From contig OZ241857.1 of assembly GCA_965203315.1 (NCBI GenBank), forward strand, positions 1,024,001 through 1,088,000: a stretch of DNA of 64,000 nt, given 5' to 3'. The notes beneath the pieces were generated by a model. That model worked only from the letters and a program-made list of their open reading frames with translations, was not told the origin of the DNA and ran no database searches. This DNA comes from Nitrosopumilus sp. Lineage in GTDB: Archaea > Thermoproteota > Nitrososphaeria > Nitrososphaerales > Nitrosopumilaceae. Below, piece after piece: positions 10,877 to 20,250 of this stretch; the stretch's first letter is position 1, and every line of letters starts with the position of its first letter. The position numbers and the translations under genes were made by a program.

Positions 10877-12259
10877 TCAAGGTAACGACACGGTACCGAA
10901 ACCATACTCTTGACAGTTGGTATAGTGATTATCGATCTCGCGTATCCAACCACGACCGTGATCCAGCTGATCGAGTGATACCAACAAGGAGCGAATCTTT
11001 GGACTATACGTCTGATTGCGATGTATCAACTCTTGTTTAAACTCGTGTTGTGCAAGAGAGTTACTCTTTTTAGAGTTGCATTCACGACATGCAAGGACCA
11101 GATTCCATGGCTCATCTTCAAATATGTACGACCACGGAATAAAGTGATCGACTTCGATGAATCCTCGTTCTAGTCTAGTACAACAGTAAAAGCAGTGATC
11201 TGTATGTTCCCGATACATCTTTCTGTATACAGTTAGATCTCCACGATAGTTATCGTCTGACTCTATCTTTGCGATCAATCTGGGTAGCGAGTCGTTTATC
11301 TTTTCAAGAAACTTGGCCCACTCTACTAGTACTACTCGTGACAGTACCGAATGATTCTTGCGAAAGAACTCGTATGCAGCTGGATCGAGTTTGATCACTT
11401 TGGCGTCATCATCATAGTCGTAAAAGATCTTGTTCTCAGCGGAGTATCTACCAGTTCTGATCTTTTGAAACTTGGGAACTACAAGCGATGTCTTGGATCT
11501 AGCATGACCAAAGACTTTGGACAGGATCTGTCGTCTAGCTAGAATAATATCGTCATCTGCAAGTAGATCATAACTGCCAGGTGTGTTGTTGCCAAATATT
11601 TTGCGTATGATACTGATCACGTGCGGATTACTGTTTATCTTGTGATCTTGTTTTATGTGTAGTTTACACTCTTGGTGCCAATAGTACTTTAGAAATTTAT
11701 CAGCAAGGTACTCATAAGGTATGGTATATCCGGTAGAGTCTCTGCAATAGTCCAATATTGCACGAGCCAATGCAAACTTGTAGGTATTGGCCTTTGAGCC
11801 ATGAGCCAATACAGATACAAACATTCGTTTGAGATTTGCATCAGATGTGTCAGTAGACAGTATATCGTTATACGATGTATCTGTTTGCGTAAAGTTGAGC
11901 TCGAGTTTCGAGATATCGATCTGCGATTCAAGGCGTAGTATTCCAGATGGCGGAGAGTTACGCCAAGATACCAGTTTACTGTGTCTCTTGAGTTTGACAA
12001 TCTCTTGATCGACTATATTGTAAAAGTCACTTGAGATTCTGTTTGGGCCCCACAGATCGTGAGAGATGTGTAGTTGTGTGGCAATCGACTCGATCAGTTC
12101 TGTGCGAGTATGCCACACAGGCTCATTGGTGTACATCAGCTGTGATGGATCACCATCAATCTTGTGTTTGGATTTAGAGATATCATTGATGGTCTTACCT
12201 CGATTACCCAAGGCTACAAGTAGTGCCGTAGAGACTAGATTACGTGAGATGTGAACCAA
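10877..12259 (-). CDS. HNH endonuclease with N-terminal winged-helix (Mrr_N-like) region; putative restriction/defence nuclease
   Basis: CFYC...EVDHFIPWS...WNLVLACRECNSKK zinc-binding HNH motif and a central TYKFAL motif. The N-terminal domain call is by resemblance only. Confidence 0.8.
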   Translation of the reverse strand: MVHISRNLVSTALLVALGNRGKTINDISKSKHKIDGDPSQLMYTNEPVWHTRTELIESIATQLHISHDLWGPNRISSDFYNIVDQEIVKLKRHSKLVSWRNSPPSGILRLESQIDISKLELNFTQTDTSYNDILSTDTSDANLKRMFVSVLAHGSKANTYKFALARAILDYCRDSTGYTIPYEYLADKFLKYYWHQECKLHIKQDHKINSNPHVISIIRKIFGNNTPGSYDLLADDDIILARRQILSKVFGHARSKTSLVVPKFQKIRTGRYSAENKIFYDYDDDAKVIKLDPAAYEFFRKNHSVLSRVVLVEWAKFLEKINDSLPRLIAKIESDDNYRGDLTVYRKMYREHTDHCFYCCTRLERGFIEVDHFIPWSYIFEDEPWNLVLACRECNSKKSNSLAQHEFKQELIHRNQTYSPKIRSLLVSLDQLDHGRGWIREIDNHYTNCQEYGFGTVSLP

Positions 12260-12355
12260 TTACACTATACGTCAGATTCGAACATTTATGATTTGTCAAA
12301 CAACAGATAACACTTGTGTACGTCATACAGTACATCATACAGTATATCATATCGT

Positions 12356-12496
12356 AGACTGTATGCGTATTATTAAGAGTGACCATGTCCAATCATCAAA
12401 CATGACAACAATGAATCAATTTGCCTCTAGAAAGTACACATGTGTTTTATTGTACGTTAAAATGTGCGTAAGATACAAGAAATACGCATACAGTCT
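12356..12496. mobile_element. 141-bp MITE, family C, copy 1
   Basis: 16-bp perfect TIR AGACTGTATGCGTATT and 3-bp TSD CGT. Confidence 0.9.
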
Positions 12497-12524
12497 CGTA
12501 CACCACAACACAGCATCACAAGAC

Positions 12525-13418
12525 CTAGCTCTTTTTACTGAGATTACCAGAGATTGTATTTGACCACTGTATTACGTCTTCTAGCCTCTCGGACACCAGA
12601 TCTGATTTGAGATTTTTAGATGGACCGCACAGTACAATCTTGAATCGAGAGCCGGATCTGGTCTTGATTGGTTTGATCGCATCTTTGAAGAAGATCAGTC
12701 CTTCAGAACTAGATGAAAATATCACAACAATCATGACGCCAGATCGTCGCTTCCATACCTTACTGATGAACTTTTGAAAGTCTAGATCAAAGAGAGGATT
12801 GATCATAGAAGACATGTCACCTAGATCAAATACACGCCAACCCAGAGTATGGTACATTGTTGCAGCTGCTGTAGACAAGAGTACACTCTCAGGATCAGCA
12901 GCGATAACAGACACACTCTTTGTAGGATCAAGGGATACACGCTGATGATCATAGACAGCTTGAAACGATCTATGTACCAGATTATACAATACACTCTGTT
13001 CGGCAACACCGATCTTACCAGAGTCAAATAGATCACGTACTGTAGTGATACTAGGCAGGATCATCTCAAGGATCAGTCTACTCGGTATGGCTCCAGAGTT
13101 GAGGCAGTTGTTTACAAGACCAACTAGTCTCGACTCGTCTACAGCTAACAGACACTCTTGATACAATGTAGATACCTTAAAGTAGTCTTCAGGAAACTCG
13201 AATGACTCTTGGTCAGACTCCAAGAACCAGAGCGTAATATTGCCAATATTCTTTGGATACACTATACCTTGAGCCGTCAAGATCTTTAGATACTTGGTCA
13301 TTGTTATTCTACTGATACCGGTACGCCTTGATATCTCGATTCCCGATATACCAGATTCAGACTCTAGTATTGGAATGAGTCTACTACGAATATCTTCGAT
13401 TGCGTACCCCTTACCCAT
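12525..13418 (-). CDS. HTH transcriptional regulator with B12-binding-cap-like C-terminal domain
   Basis: N-terminal HTH (ISGIEISRRTGISRITMTKYL) and LEMILPSI..VRDLFDSGKIGVAEQ cap motif. Native start MGKGY; the ORF-track extension lies inside the MITE. Confidence 0.75.
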   Translation of the reverse strand: MGKGYAIEDIRSRLIPILESESGISGIEISRRTGISRITMTKYLKILTAQGIVYPKNIGNITLWFLESDQESFEFPEDYFKVSTLYQECLLAVDESRLVGLVNNCLNSGAIPSRLILEMILPSITTVRDLFDSGKIGVAEQSVLYNLVHRSFQAVYDHQRVSLDPTKSVSVIAADPESVLLSTAAATMYHTLGWRVFDLGDMSSMINPLFDLDFQKFISKVWKRRSGVMIVVIFSSSSEGLIFFKDAIKPIKTRSGSRFKIVLCGPSKNLKSDLVSERLEDVIQWSNTISGNLSKKS

Positions 13419-13426
13419 CGTACAAT

Positions 13427-13567
13427 AGACTGTATGCGTATTATTAAGAGTGCCCATGTCCAATCATCAAACATGACAACAATGAATCAATTTGCCTCTA
13501 GAAAGTACACATGTGTTTTATTGTACGTTAAAATGTGCGTAAGATACAAGAAATACGCATACAGTCT
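13427..13567. mobile_element. 141-bp MITE, family C, copy 2
   Basis: Near-identical to 12356-12496 (one visible mismatch). 3-bp TSD AAT. Confidence 0.9.
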
Positions 13568-13750
13568 AATATACTGCAACGATGGTATAAAGAGTTGACA
13601 AGAGATATCAAACTCGACATACGTTATCAATACATGCATCTTACACCCTAGTATCACTAGTTTTCTGTAGAGCTATAAAAAGATGGACTCTATCCGATGA
13701 TTTGAGATATTACTACGTTTAGGTTTTGCGGTATTTAGTTGTCCACAAGG

Positions 13751-13922
13751 GGCTCCGTTCAATTGACAGGGGTTGGCATTTTCTGCACAAAATTCTCGAA
13801 ACTTTGCAAAATATGGAAACGGCCTCATATCGACTATTGTAAATTCTACTGTTTTGAGTCTCAGTGTGCGTTCTTTGAGATAACTTTGTAACGATCTCCA
13901 CTCCCGTCAATTGAACAGAACC
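13751..13922. mobile_element. ~172-bp MITE, family A
   Basis: TIR GGYTCYGTTCAATTGACRGG. Homologous copies at 29025-29196 and 50918-51112. Confidence 0.85.
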
Positions 13923-14408
13923 ACGAGAATGATTTTGCTCCAGGATATGATTGTGGTCATGGAACCGGCGATCTAGACTGTCATGGTAGTTGGAATTAAA
14001 CGCATAACTGGTCTTTGTATGACATTGGTTCAATATCACTAGATCAGATTACAACTCTACCATATAACGGGTCTCGTCAATAAAAAAATTGTTGGAATGT
14101 ATAACACTAATTCGCCATTGCGTTTGTCTGAGCTCTACTAACCAAGGGTTGACAGTTAAGTAAAATTCTCAACTTTACAAAGTATGGAAACTGCCGTGTA
14201 TCATATTGGGAATTACTGCAACTAGAACCCCAGTCAACAAGACTCTAACTCTAGATCGTGTATCACTATGCAAATATCTCAACAACATAAAGATCAATCA
14301 ACACACGTCCGGTACAAAATAACAAACCGACGTGCAAAACCGGCTCAACATCGCAATTTTAAAACCTTATATACTACTATACCATAAAATACCGTAAGGT
14401 GAATATGG

Positions 14409-14801
14409 ATGCCAAAACCAGGATTCAAGTCGATAACGATCTCAGAGGTCGTCTACGACACGTTTCATAAGGTATACGAAGAGAACAAGCCGGAACTCAC
14501 GATGCGTGGTGTCAACAGCTTCGCGGGTTATGTAACATACATGTTGGAAGAGATGGTGCAAAAGGACAAAACCTTTGCAAGATATGCTCCAAAGATCGAG
14601 TGTGTGAACGTAGATGCGGACGGTGTAATACTAAAGGACAACATCAAAAACAAAGTCATCGAAGTTGTAGTTCAGCAAGGCGAGTTGTACTGCCAATTTT
14701 GTGAAGTGGGTGACTGTGTGCATGTTGGATTTGTATTCTCGATACCGGAAGTGTATGAAGTACTCAATGACAAGGGTGTAAAGAACAAGTTCCTAAAGTG
14801 A
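14409..14801 (+). CDS. Hypothetical protein with C-terminal CxxC-x4-CxH zinc site (possible regulator)
   Basis: MPKPGFKSITISE N-terminus, CQFCEVGDCVH, and an upstream TATA box. Confidence 0.75.
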   Translation: MPKPGFKSITISEVVYDTFHKVYEENKPELTMRGVNSFAGYVTYMLEEMVQKDKTFARYAPKIECVNVDADGVILKDNIKNKVIEVVVQQGELYCQFCEVGDCVHVGFVFSIPEVYEVLNDKGVKNKFLK

Positions 14802-14862
14802 ATGCTACAACTAGTCCAACAAAGCGACTCAACGCTACGACAAGTGCTGGAATAAATTCCAG

Positions 14863-14897
14863 ACGAGATAAAGGGGCGGGATTTGAACCCGCGAACT
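14863..14897 (-). repeat. Duplicated 3' end of tRNA-Leu (att-like scar)
   Basis: GGGGCGGGATTTGAACCCGCGAACT is identical to the tRNA T-arm region near 15055-15079, and the flanking ACGAGAT is shared. Confidence 0.85.
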
Positions 14898-14922
14898 TTT
14901 TTTAATTTACTGCTTAAGCGAT

Positions 14923-15023
14923 GGATCTCTTCGGTTTACTTGTGGTATTTACAAGGCTGTTCTCATAGAATCTCGTACTTTTTTTTCTGTAACCATTCTA
15001 TCCCACATAAATCAAAGATATCC
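14923..15023. mobile_element. MITE, family B
   Basis: GGATCTCTTCGGTTTA...TAAATCAAAGATATCC ends. Shares TTCTATCCCAC with the other copies. Confidence 0.75.
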
Positions 15024-15049
15024 AAAGTGATTTTGTTTTCTGCACGAGA

Positions 15050-15171
15050 TGGAGGGGGCGGGATTTGAACCCGCGAACTCCTGAGAGACAGGATCACCCA
15101 TTATCTGATCTTAAGTCCTGCATGTCCAAAAGCAGATCTTGCTCACTTTGGCCAGGCTTGATTACCCCTCC
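15050..15171 (-). tRNA. tRNA-Leu(TAA) with two introns (15124-15145 non-canonical in D-arm; 15095-15109 canonical 37/38)
   Basis: Removing 22 nt and 15 nt gives an 85-nt cloverleaf: GGAGGGG/CCCCTCC acceptor, ATC/GAT D-stem, CAGGA-CTTAAGA-TCCTG anticodon arm, long variable arm. Confidence 0.85.
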
Positions 15172-15328
15172 AAAAAGATCCACCATACAACAAGATTTAA
15201 CAGTTATCTAGACAGAAATCGGCTGTACAAATTAAAACGATGAATCTTGTCGTGTTGATCAGATATCTCACAAATCAGATATTATGAATAATCAAAGATT
15301 ATAAGGATTTTAGATATCTAGTCTTTAT

Positions 15329-15402
15329 GCTCCGATAGCTCAGCCTGGTAGAGCGTTACCTTGGTAAGGTAAAGGTCGCGGGTTCGGATCCCGTTCGGAG
15401 CT
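15329..15402 (+). tRNA. tRNA-Thr(GGT)
   Basis: GCTCCGA/TCGGAGC acceptor stem, TTACC-TTGGTAA-GGTAA anticodon arm. Confidence 0.95.
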
Positions 15403-16263
15403 CTAGTAATTTTTAATGAGCAGTTCATAATGACCGCCACGTTTGTTACCGTTAGAGTTGATGACTCTGTTTGCAGCAACGCGTTGTATATTCCAAGGCT
15501 TTGAATCAAATAGATCTCTAACTGTTTTAGAGTACGAGTTGGATAGCATTACAAGACAACCCTTTCTATCAAGTTGATTGCATAGTTTTGCTAGACGACA
15601 CAGATCATCATACCCAAAGTCTTTGTTTGTATACTCGGTAAAGCTTGCAGTGTCACTCACAGGATGATACGGAGGATCAAAGTAGACTAGATCACCAGAC
15701 TTGGCTGTACACATGACACTCTCAAAGTCTCGACACTCTATTGCAATGTTTGGAGATTGGAGTACATCACTAACAGTTCGTAGATTCTCTTCGTTTACAA
15801 TATTTGGGTGAGAGTAACTTCCCAAGGGTACGTTAAACTGTCCCTTGCTGTTAACTCTGTATAGACCGTTAAAGCAAGTGCGATTCAGGAATAACAGACG
15901 TGCTGCGCGCGTAACCGTGCTGCGAGGTTTGCTAGAACGTATCATGTAATAGTACTCTTTAGAATTCTTGGTGTATCTATTCTGATGATCTTTGAGAAGA
16001 GGTATCAGCTCATCAATATTATCTCTAATAGCTACATATGTCGATATCAGATCAGAGTTTAGATCAGAGAGCACACAACGTTGATCTGCATGCTTTGACA
16101 GTATATGAAACGACAGGGCTGCTCCGCCTAGAAATGGTTCATGATACCTAGCAAACTCTGTAGGGAGATTAGAGTCCAAGACCGATATCATCTGTCGCTT
16201 GCCACCGGCCCACTTTACAATGGGTTTTGGGACAGATGTAAACTGTTGATATACTTGCTGCAT
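15403..16263 (-). CDS. dam: Dam-family N6-adenine DNA methyltransferase
   Basis: KWAGGK, EPFLGG, LNRTCFNGLYRVN and YFDPPY motifs. Start placed at MQQVY. Confidence 0.92.
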   Translation of the reverse strand: MQQVYQQFTSVPKPIVKWAGGKRQMISVLDSNLPTEFARYHEPFLGGAALSFHILSKHADQRCVLSDLNSDLISTYVAIRDNIDELIPLLKDHQNRYTKNSKEYYYMIRSSKPRSTVTRAARLLFLNRTCFNGLYRVNSKGQFNVPLGSYSHPNIVNEENLRTVSDVLQSPNIAIECRDFESVMCTAKSGDLVYFDPPYHPVSDTASFTEYTNKDFGYDDLCRLAKLCNQLDRKGCLVMLSNSYSKTVRDLFDSKPWNIQRVAANRVINSNGNKRGGHYELLIKNY

Positions 16264-16818
16264 AGATATATGACTGTAAAAGCGGTTAAAATCTTGGTAA
16301 AGAGAATAAAGTTGAGTAAAAGCTAGATCTTTTTCCATCTGTACAGGTGGGCATGTGCTAGATCCATAGTCGGATATAGGCGCTTCATACTGATGACAAG
16401 AGAACAAGCTTGATTATTACCAACTTGTTTTAGCATCCAGAACGGTTGTAGATTGGCATATACAGTATATGCGATCAATAGACACGTGTTTAACAAGTTT
16501 CTGTCTAGTTTGTATAGATTGTAGTGTTTGTATGTGCTGTTCAGTAGACATTCTGCATAACTTGTTCATAATTAAAAACTGTAACAGAATGATATGTCGA
16601 GTAAAAATAAACGGGAAAGGTTTGTTAATTCAAAATCATATAGTTTATCGATCTCTACATTGCAATGTCCAGGCTAAACATGTGGTTAGTCAAGAGTCCA
16701 TTTGATCGAATCAGCGAAACATCATCTTACTAGACACCTGTATGATGTTCATCACATGTGATACAACATGATACAATACATGAGTCGTATGCGACCTAGT
16801 GGCGATCGACCAAGATAT

Positions 16819-16846
16819 CTAGATATAAAATGAAAAGAAGAGGTTT
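16819..16846 (-). terminator. amoA oligo-T terminator-like tract
   Basis: CTTCTTTTCATTTTATATCTAG on the minus strand after the stop. 18 nt are identical to the tract after amoX. Confidence 0.55.
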
Positions 16847-16849
16847 TGG

Positions 16850-17500
16850 CTAGTCCCACTTTGACCAAGCAGCCATCCATCTATATGTCCACGTATTCAG
16901 CTTACAACCTAACGCTGCAAACGTACACGCCAATACTGCACCTGCACCTGCACCGAGCGCAACTGGACTGTTATAGAACTTTCCTACCTGCGGTTCTATC
17001 GGTGTCATGTATGGCGGCAGTGTTGGCCTTGGATATTTGAATGCCGTCTCTAGTGGGTCTGCGACTGTAATCAGGTTTACCATATTGAACAATGGTAATG
17101 ACATACCTACAAGTACACCACCAAACAGTATCAACGAATGCTTATTCTTCTTCGTTGCCCAGTATACCAAATCCAACAACATTGCGGATGGCAACCAGAC
17201 AGGAGTCACGATAAAGTCGTACGGATAACCAAGTGCAAACCATGCACCCTTTGCTACCCACGTGTATACTGTCATAATTAGGGCGTAGTACGTAGCTGTT
17301 CCTGGAACACCAGTAAACGTTAGATAGTATGTTGCACCTACCACAAGCATCAGTGTTTGTGATATAGAGAATACTGTATACGATGTCCAAGCCCAGTCGG
17401 TGTAGAAGATATAGTCACCTGCGTTAATTGTTAACAGTGTAGAGTTTACCGCTACTACAACTATGAACAAGTAGTGTGTACATCGTCTTAACCAGACCAT
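16850..17500 (-). CDS. amoA: Ammonia monooxygenase subunit A
   Basis: MVWLRRCTHYLFIVVVAVNSTLLTINAGDYIFYTDWAW...WSKWD, the 216-aa archaeal AmoA. Confidence 0.99.
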   Translation of the reverse strand: MVWLRRCTHYLFIVVVAVNSTLLTINAGDYIFYTDWAWTSYTVFSISQTLMLVVGATYYLTFTGVPGTATYYALIMTVYTWVAKGAWFALGYPYDFIVTPVWLPSAMLLDLVYWATKKNKHSLILFGGVLVGMSLPLFNMVNLITVADPLETAFKYPRPTLPPYMTPIEPQVGKFYNSPVALGAGAGAVLACTFAALGCKLNTWTYRWMAAWSKWD

Positions 17501-17523
17501 TATCAACTACAGCAATATGTAGG

Positions 17524-17531
17524 TATATAAA
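17524..17531 (-). promoter_or_regulatory. amoA TATA box
   Basis: TTTATATA 24-31 bp upstream of the ATG. Confidence 0.7.
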
Positions 17532-18157
17532 ATTTTAGAGATGAGGGATCTAGGCGATAATTACACAGAAAATCACAGATTATGACCTGATCGATAAGAT
17601 ATTGGGTGAATTGGTCAATGTGTCATTTACTCAGAAGCAAAGAACCATGTTTCAAAAGAGAACAACAAGAGTTGTAATGCCTGACAAGCAAACAGTTGGT
17701 GGCCCAATATGAGACGATATGTGGCACATAATTCTCAAAATTACTCAATAATGTTGTGGAATACATGTTGAATATTGTGAATTTTTGGTATCAAGTAAAA
17801 TGTGTAGATTTTAGTTTATAATGGCGTTTTGCTCCACACTGCAGAAGCCGATCGCCACATGCGTGATAATGAGATCAAGCACTTAGTAAAGGTCACGAGT
17901 AGACGCAAGCCATCTTGCGGATGATATGATATCTGCAATTCTAGACTGCTAGGTCAAGACATTCATCGGAATGGTCTATAGATCGTGTCAGATACAACAA
18001 AGCTATTGGATCTAGTGCCAGCATACAACTCAACCGCACGCAAATTCAACGTTCTGATTGTATATCTGATTTACTATACCTATCAATCAGCAAATGTGGG
18101 AACAACACATTCCTAATCGCCTAGATATAAAATGAAAAAGGTGGGACGTTGATTGTC

Positions 18158-18520
18158 CTAATTGCCAACAAATAGCGCTATTATTATTGTACCTGCTGCT
18201 ACTGCTGCAACGCTACCTGCAACTATACCGTTACTGTTCTTGTTGGAACCTTCCTCCACGACTTTGACACAGAAGATATAGCCTATTGCTTCGATGATTG
18301 TTAGTACGATGAATGCATAATGACCACTAGGTGTTGGATATGCCCAAGGATAGTAAAAGTATCCTGCTGCGGTACCACCAAAAGTTGCCAGCCATGCTGC
18401 CCAGAATGAGATTGTAATCAAACCAGTCATGTTTTCAACGCGCCTTCCAATCATTCGTTCTACGTCGGCACTAGATGAGCCACCTGCGCCTCCAGAACCG
18501 AATCCTTTAGGAAGAGTCAT
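18158..18520 (-). CDS. amoX: Ammonia monooxygenase subunit X
   Basis: MTLPKGFGSG...DVERMIGRRVENMTG, three TM segments, upstream of amoA. Confidence 0.9.
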   Translation of the reverse strand: MTLPKGFGSGGAGGSSSADVERMIGRRVENMTGLITISFWAAWLATFGGTAAGYFYYPWAYPTPSGHYAFIVLTIIEAIGYIFCVKVVEEGSNKNSNGIVAGSVAAVAAGTIIIALFVGN

Positions 18521-18621
18521 TCTATGGTTATTCTAATCTAAAATCCTTTTAAGTCTTTCCGAAACCCTCAAACGAGTGCGAGTAGCATGATCAGTAGACA
18601 AGATACTAGTAACAGTCACCA

Positions 18622-18654
18622 ACATTGTACATTGTACATTGTACATTGTATATT
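18622..18654. repeat. 7-bp microsatellite (ACATTGT)n split by an IS
   Basis: Four or more units before the IS. The array continues at 19901-19925. Confidence 0.8.
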
Positions 18655-19900
18655 CAGACATCGCAAAAGTAACTATAATTTAACCAAAAGATCAAAAATA
18701 TCGATCAAACAAAGTCAATAAGGATTGCATGTCTCAGGAATCTAATGCGCAAACAATCAGACTCGCTGAGACAAGCAGTATCTAGAAACCGTTCTACTTA
18801 TAGATATATTTTCATAAACGCTATGGATCAGATACCATTCAAAGTATCTAATTATCACAATGCCAAATACACAAAATGGGACGGACTCAAGATCATCATA
18901 GATGCGGCAGTAGCAAACAAATCTCCTGCTGATCGTTCCAGATTGATCAGAGATAGTGATGGTTATGCACCTACAGGCGAATGGATTAGGAAGAGGATCG
19001 AAGAGACGTGTGAGAAACCGATAGATGAGATATTCAAGTATGCCGTGACGCAACACCTGTCAGAGCTAAAACGGCTTGGTCGCTTTCCTCGACATCCTAT
19101 CATTGGAGTAGACAGAACGAGTTTTTCAAGATATGATAAAGATAATCCAGATCTGATTAAGGGTAGAGCGAAAGATGGTACGACTGTATTTGAGACACAC
19201 ATCTCTGCACAGCTGGTCAACCCCGGCACAAGACTTGTTTTATCTACATTTTCAGTCAAAAAAGGGGAAAAAAATGCTGATTTTATGCCTAAAATTGTAG
19301 ATTTTTACGAAATAAACTCTACAAGACCAGCGCTGTTTGTTGCCGATCGTGGGTTTTATTCAGTTGCTATGATCAAATTCTTGAATGGAACTAGACACAA
19401 ATATCTGATGCCATGCGTAAACACTTCTGGCATAAAAAAAGCAATAGAGGAATACAAACGAGGAGAACGAGTTAGAGTGTCAAAATATGTAATAAAGAAC
19501 AACAAGGATCAAGCAGGATGTTACATCATAATAACTCGTGACAGAGATGACCCAGAAGAGTATAGAGCATTTGCAACAAATGATCCAAATATTGATCTAG
19601 AGAAATATCGCGATCGTTGGGAGATTGAGAATGGATTCAAATTTACTCGAAATATGCGTGTTAGAACTCACAGTAGATCAACACCGTGTAGAACATACAT
19701 GTTCATGTCTGCACAAATGTTGCTAAACTTGTGGACTATATTCAATCTTGTATTGTTGGTTGAAGGTATCACATCTCACAAGATGTACCAAAGCTTGTTT
19801 CTTAAAACAGTGCAAACATTGATCGAGATCCCACCTGAGCCTCCGCCTGAGCCGATTGCACCCTAGATGCCAAAATTTACACGTACATTTGCGATGTCTG
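18655..19900 (+). mobile_element. ISH3-like (IS4 superfamily) insertion sequence
   Basis: TIR CAGACATCGCAAA(A/T)GTA and 5-bp TSD ATATT (18650-18654, 19901-19905). Confidence 0.9.
18745..19866 (+). CDS. ISH3/IS4-type DDE transposase
   Basis: IGVDRT, VADRGFYS and YRDRWEIENGFK (YREK) motifs. Confidence 0.92.
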   Translation: MRKQSDSLRQAVSRNRSTYRYIFINAMDQIPFKVSNYHNAKYTKWDGLKIIIDAAVANKSPADRSRLIRDSDGYAPTGEWIRKRIEETCEKPIDEIFKYAVTQHLSELKRLGRFPRHPIIGVDRTSFSRYDKDNPDLIKGRAKDGTTVFETHISAQLVNPGTRLVLSTFSVKKGEKNADFMPKIVDFYEINSTRPALFVADRGFYSVAMIKFLNGTRHKYLMPCVNTSGIKKAIEEYKRGERVRVSKYVIKNNKDQAGCYIIITRDRDDPEEYRAFATNDPNIDLEKYRDRWEIENGFKFTRNMRVRTHSRSTPCRTYMFMSAQMLLNLWTIFNLVLLVEGITSHKMYQSLFLKTVQTLIEIPPEPPPEPIAP

Positions 19901-20250
19901 ATATTGTATATTGTACATTGTACATACTAGATGATCGTATGTATACTATGCATCGTGTATAACACATCACATCTAGATGAGGATAATCTCCGATCTACAG
20001 ACGCAGACATATCTCTAGCATCTGACCAATGATGTTTCTGTACAAATTCCAACCAATTCGCCAAAACATATCAACATACATCAGACATTGCGGTAATCCA
20101 GACGGATGATCCATGACCACCTGATAGTGAAACTTTTTCCATCTTGCTCTGATGATACATATCGAATCGTATCAGAGCATATCGACTCCACCAAATGTGC
20201 GATTTGACAACTAGATGTACCAAACTCGACAAGATGCAAACGGATTAAAC

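Noticed and set aside
12356-13567. Composite transposon carrying the regulator
   Set aside because: Each MITE has its own matching TSD (CGT; AAT), showing independent insertions.
15403-16263. dam beside tRNA-Thr as an acquired restriction-modification island
   Set aside because: No cognate endonuclease or att repeat. To my recollection a dam gene next to amoA is usual in Nitrosopumilus.
17540-18100. Possible CBS-domain pseudogene between amoA and amoX (fragment EADRHMRDNEIKHLVKV)
   Set aside because: Only one short motif-like stretch with no continuous frame. It cannot be supported without a search.
290-20080. Weakly similar intergenic tracts near 310-360, 7265-7300 and 20030-20075
   Set aside because: The similarity is too short and degenerate to define a repeat family by eye.
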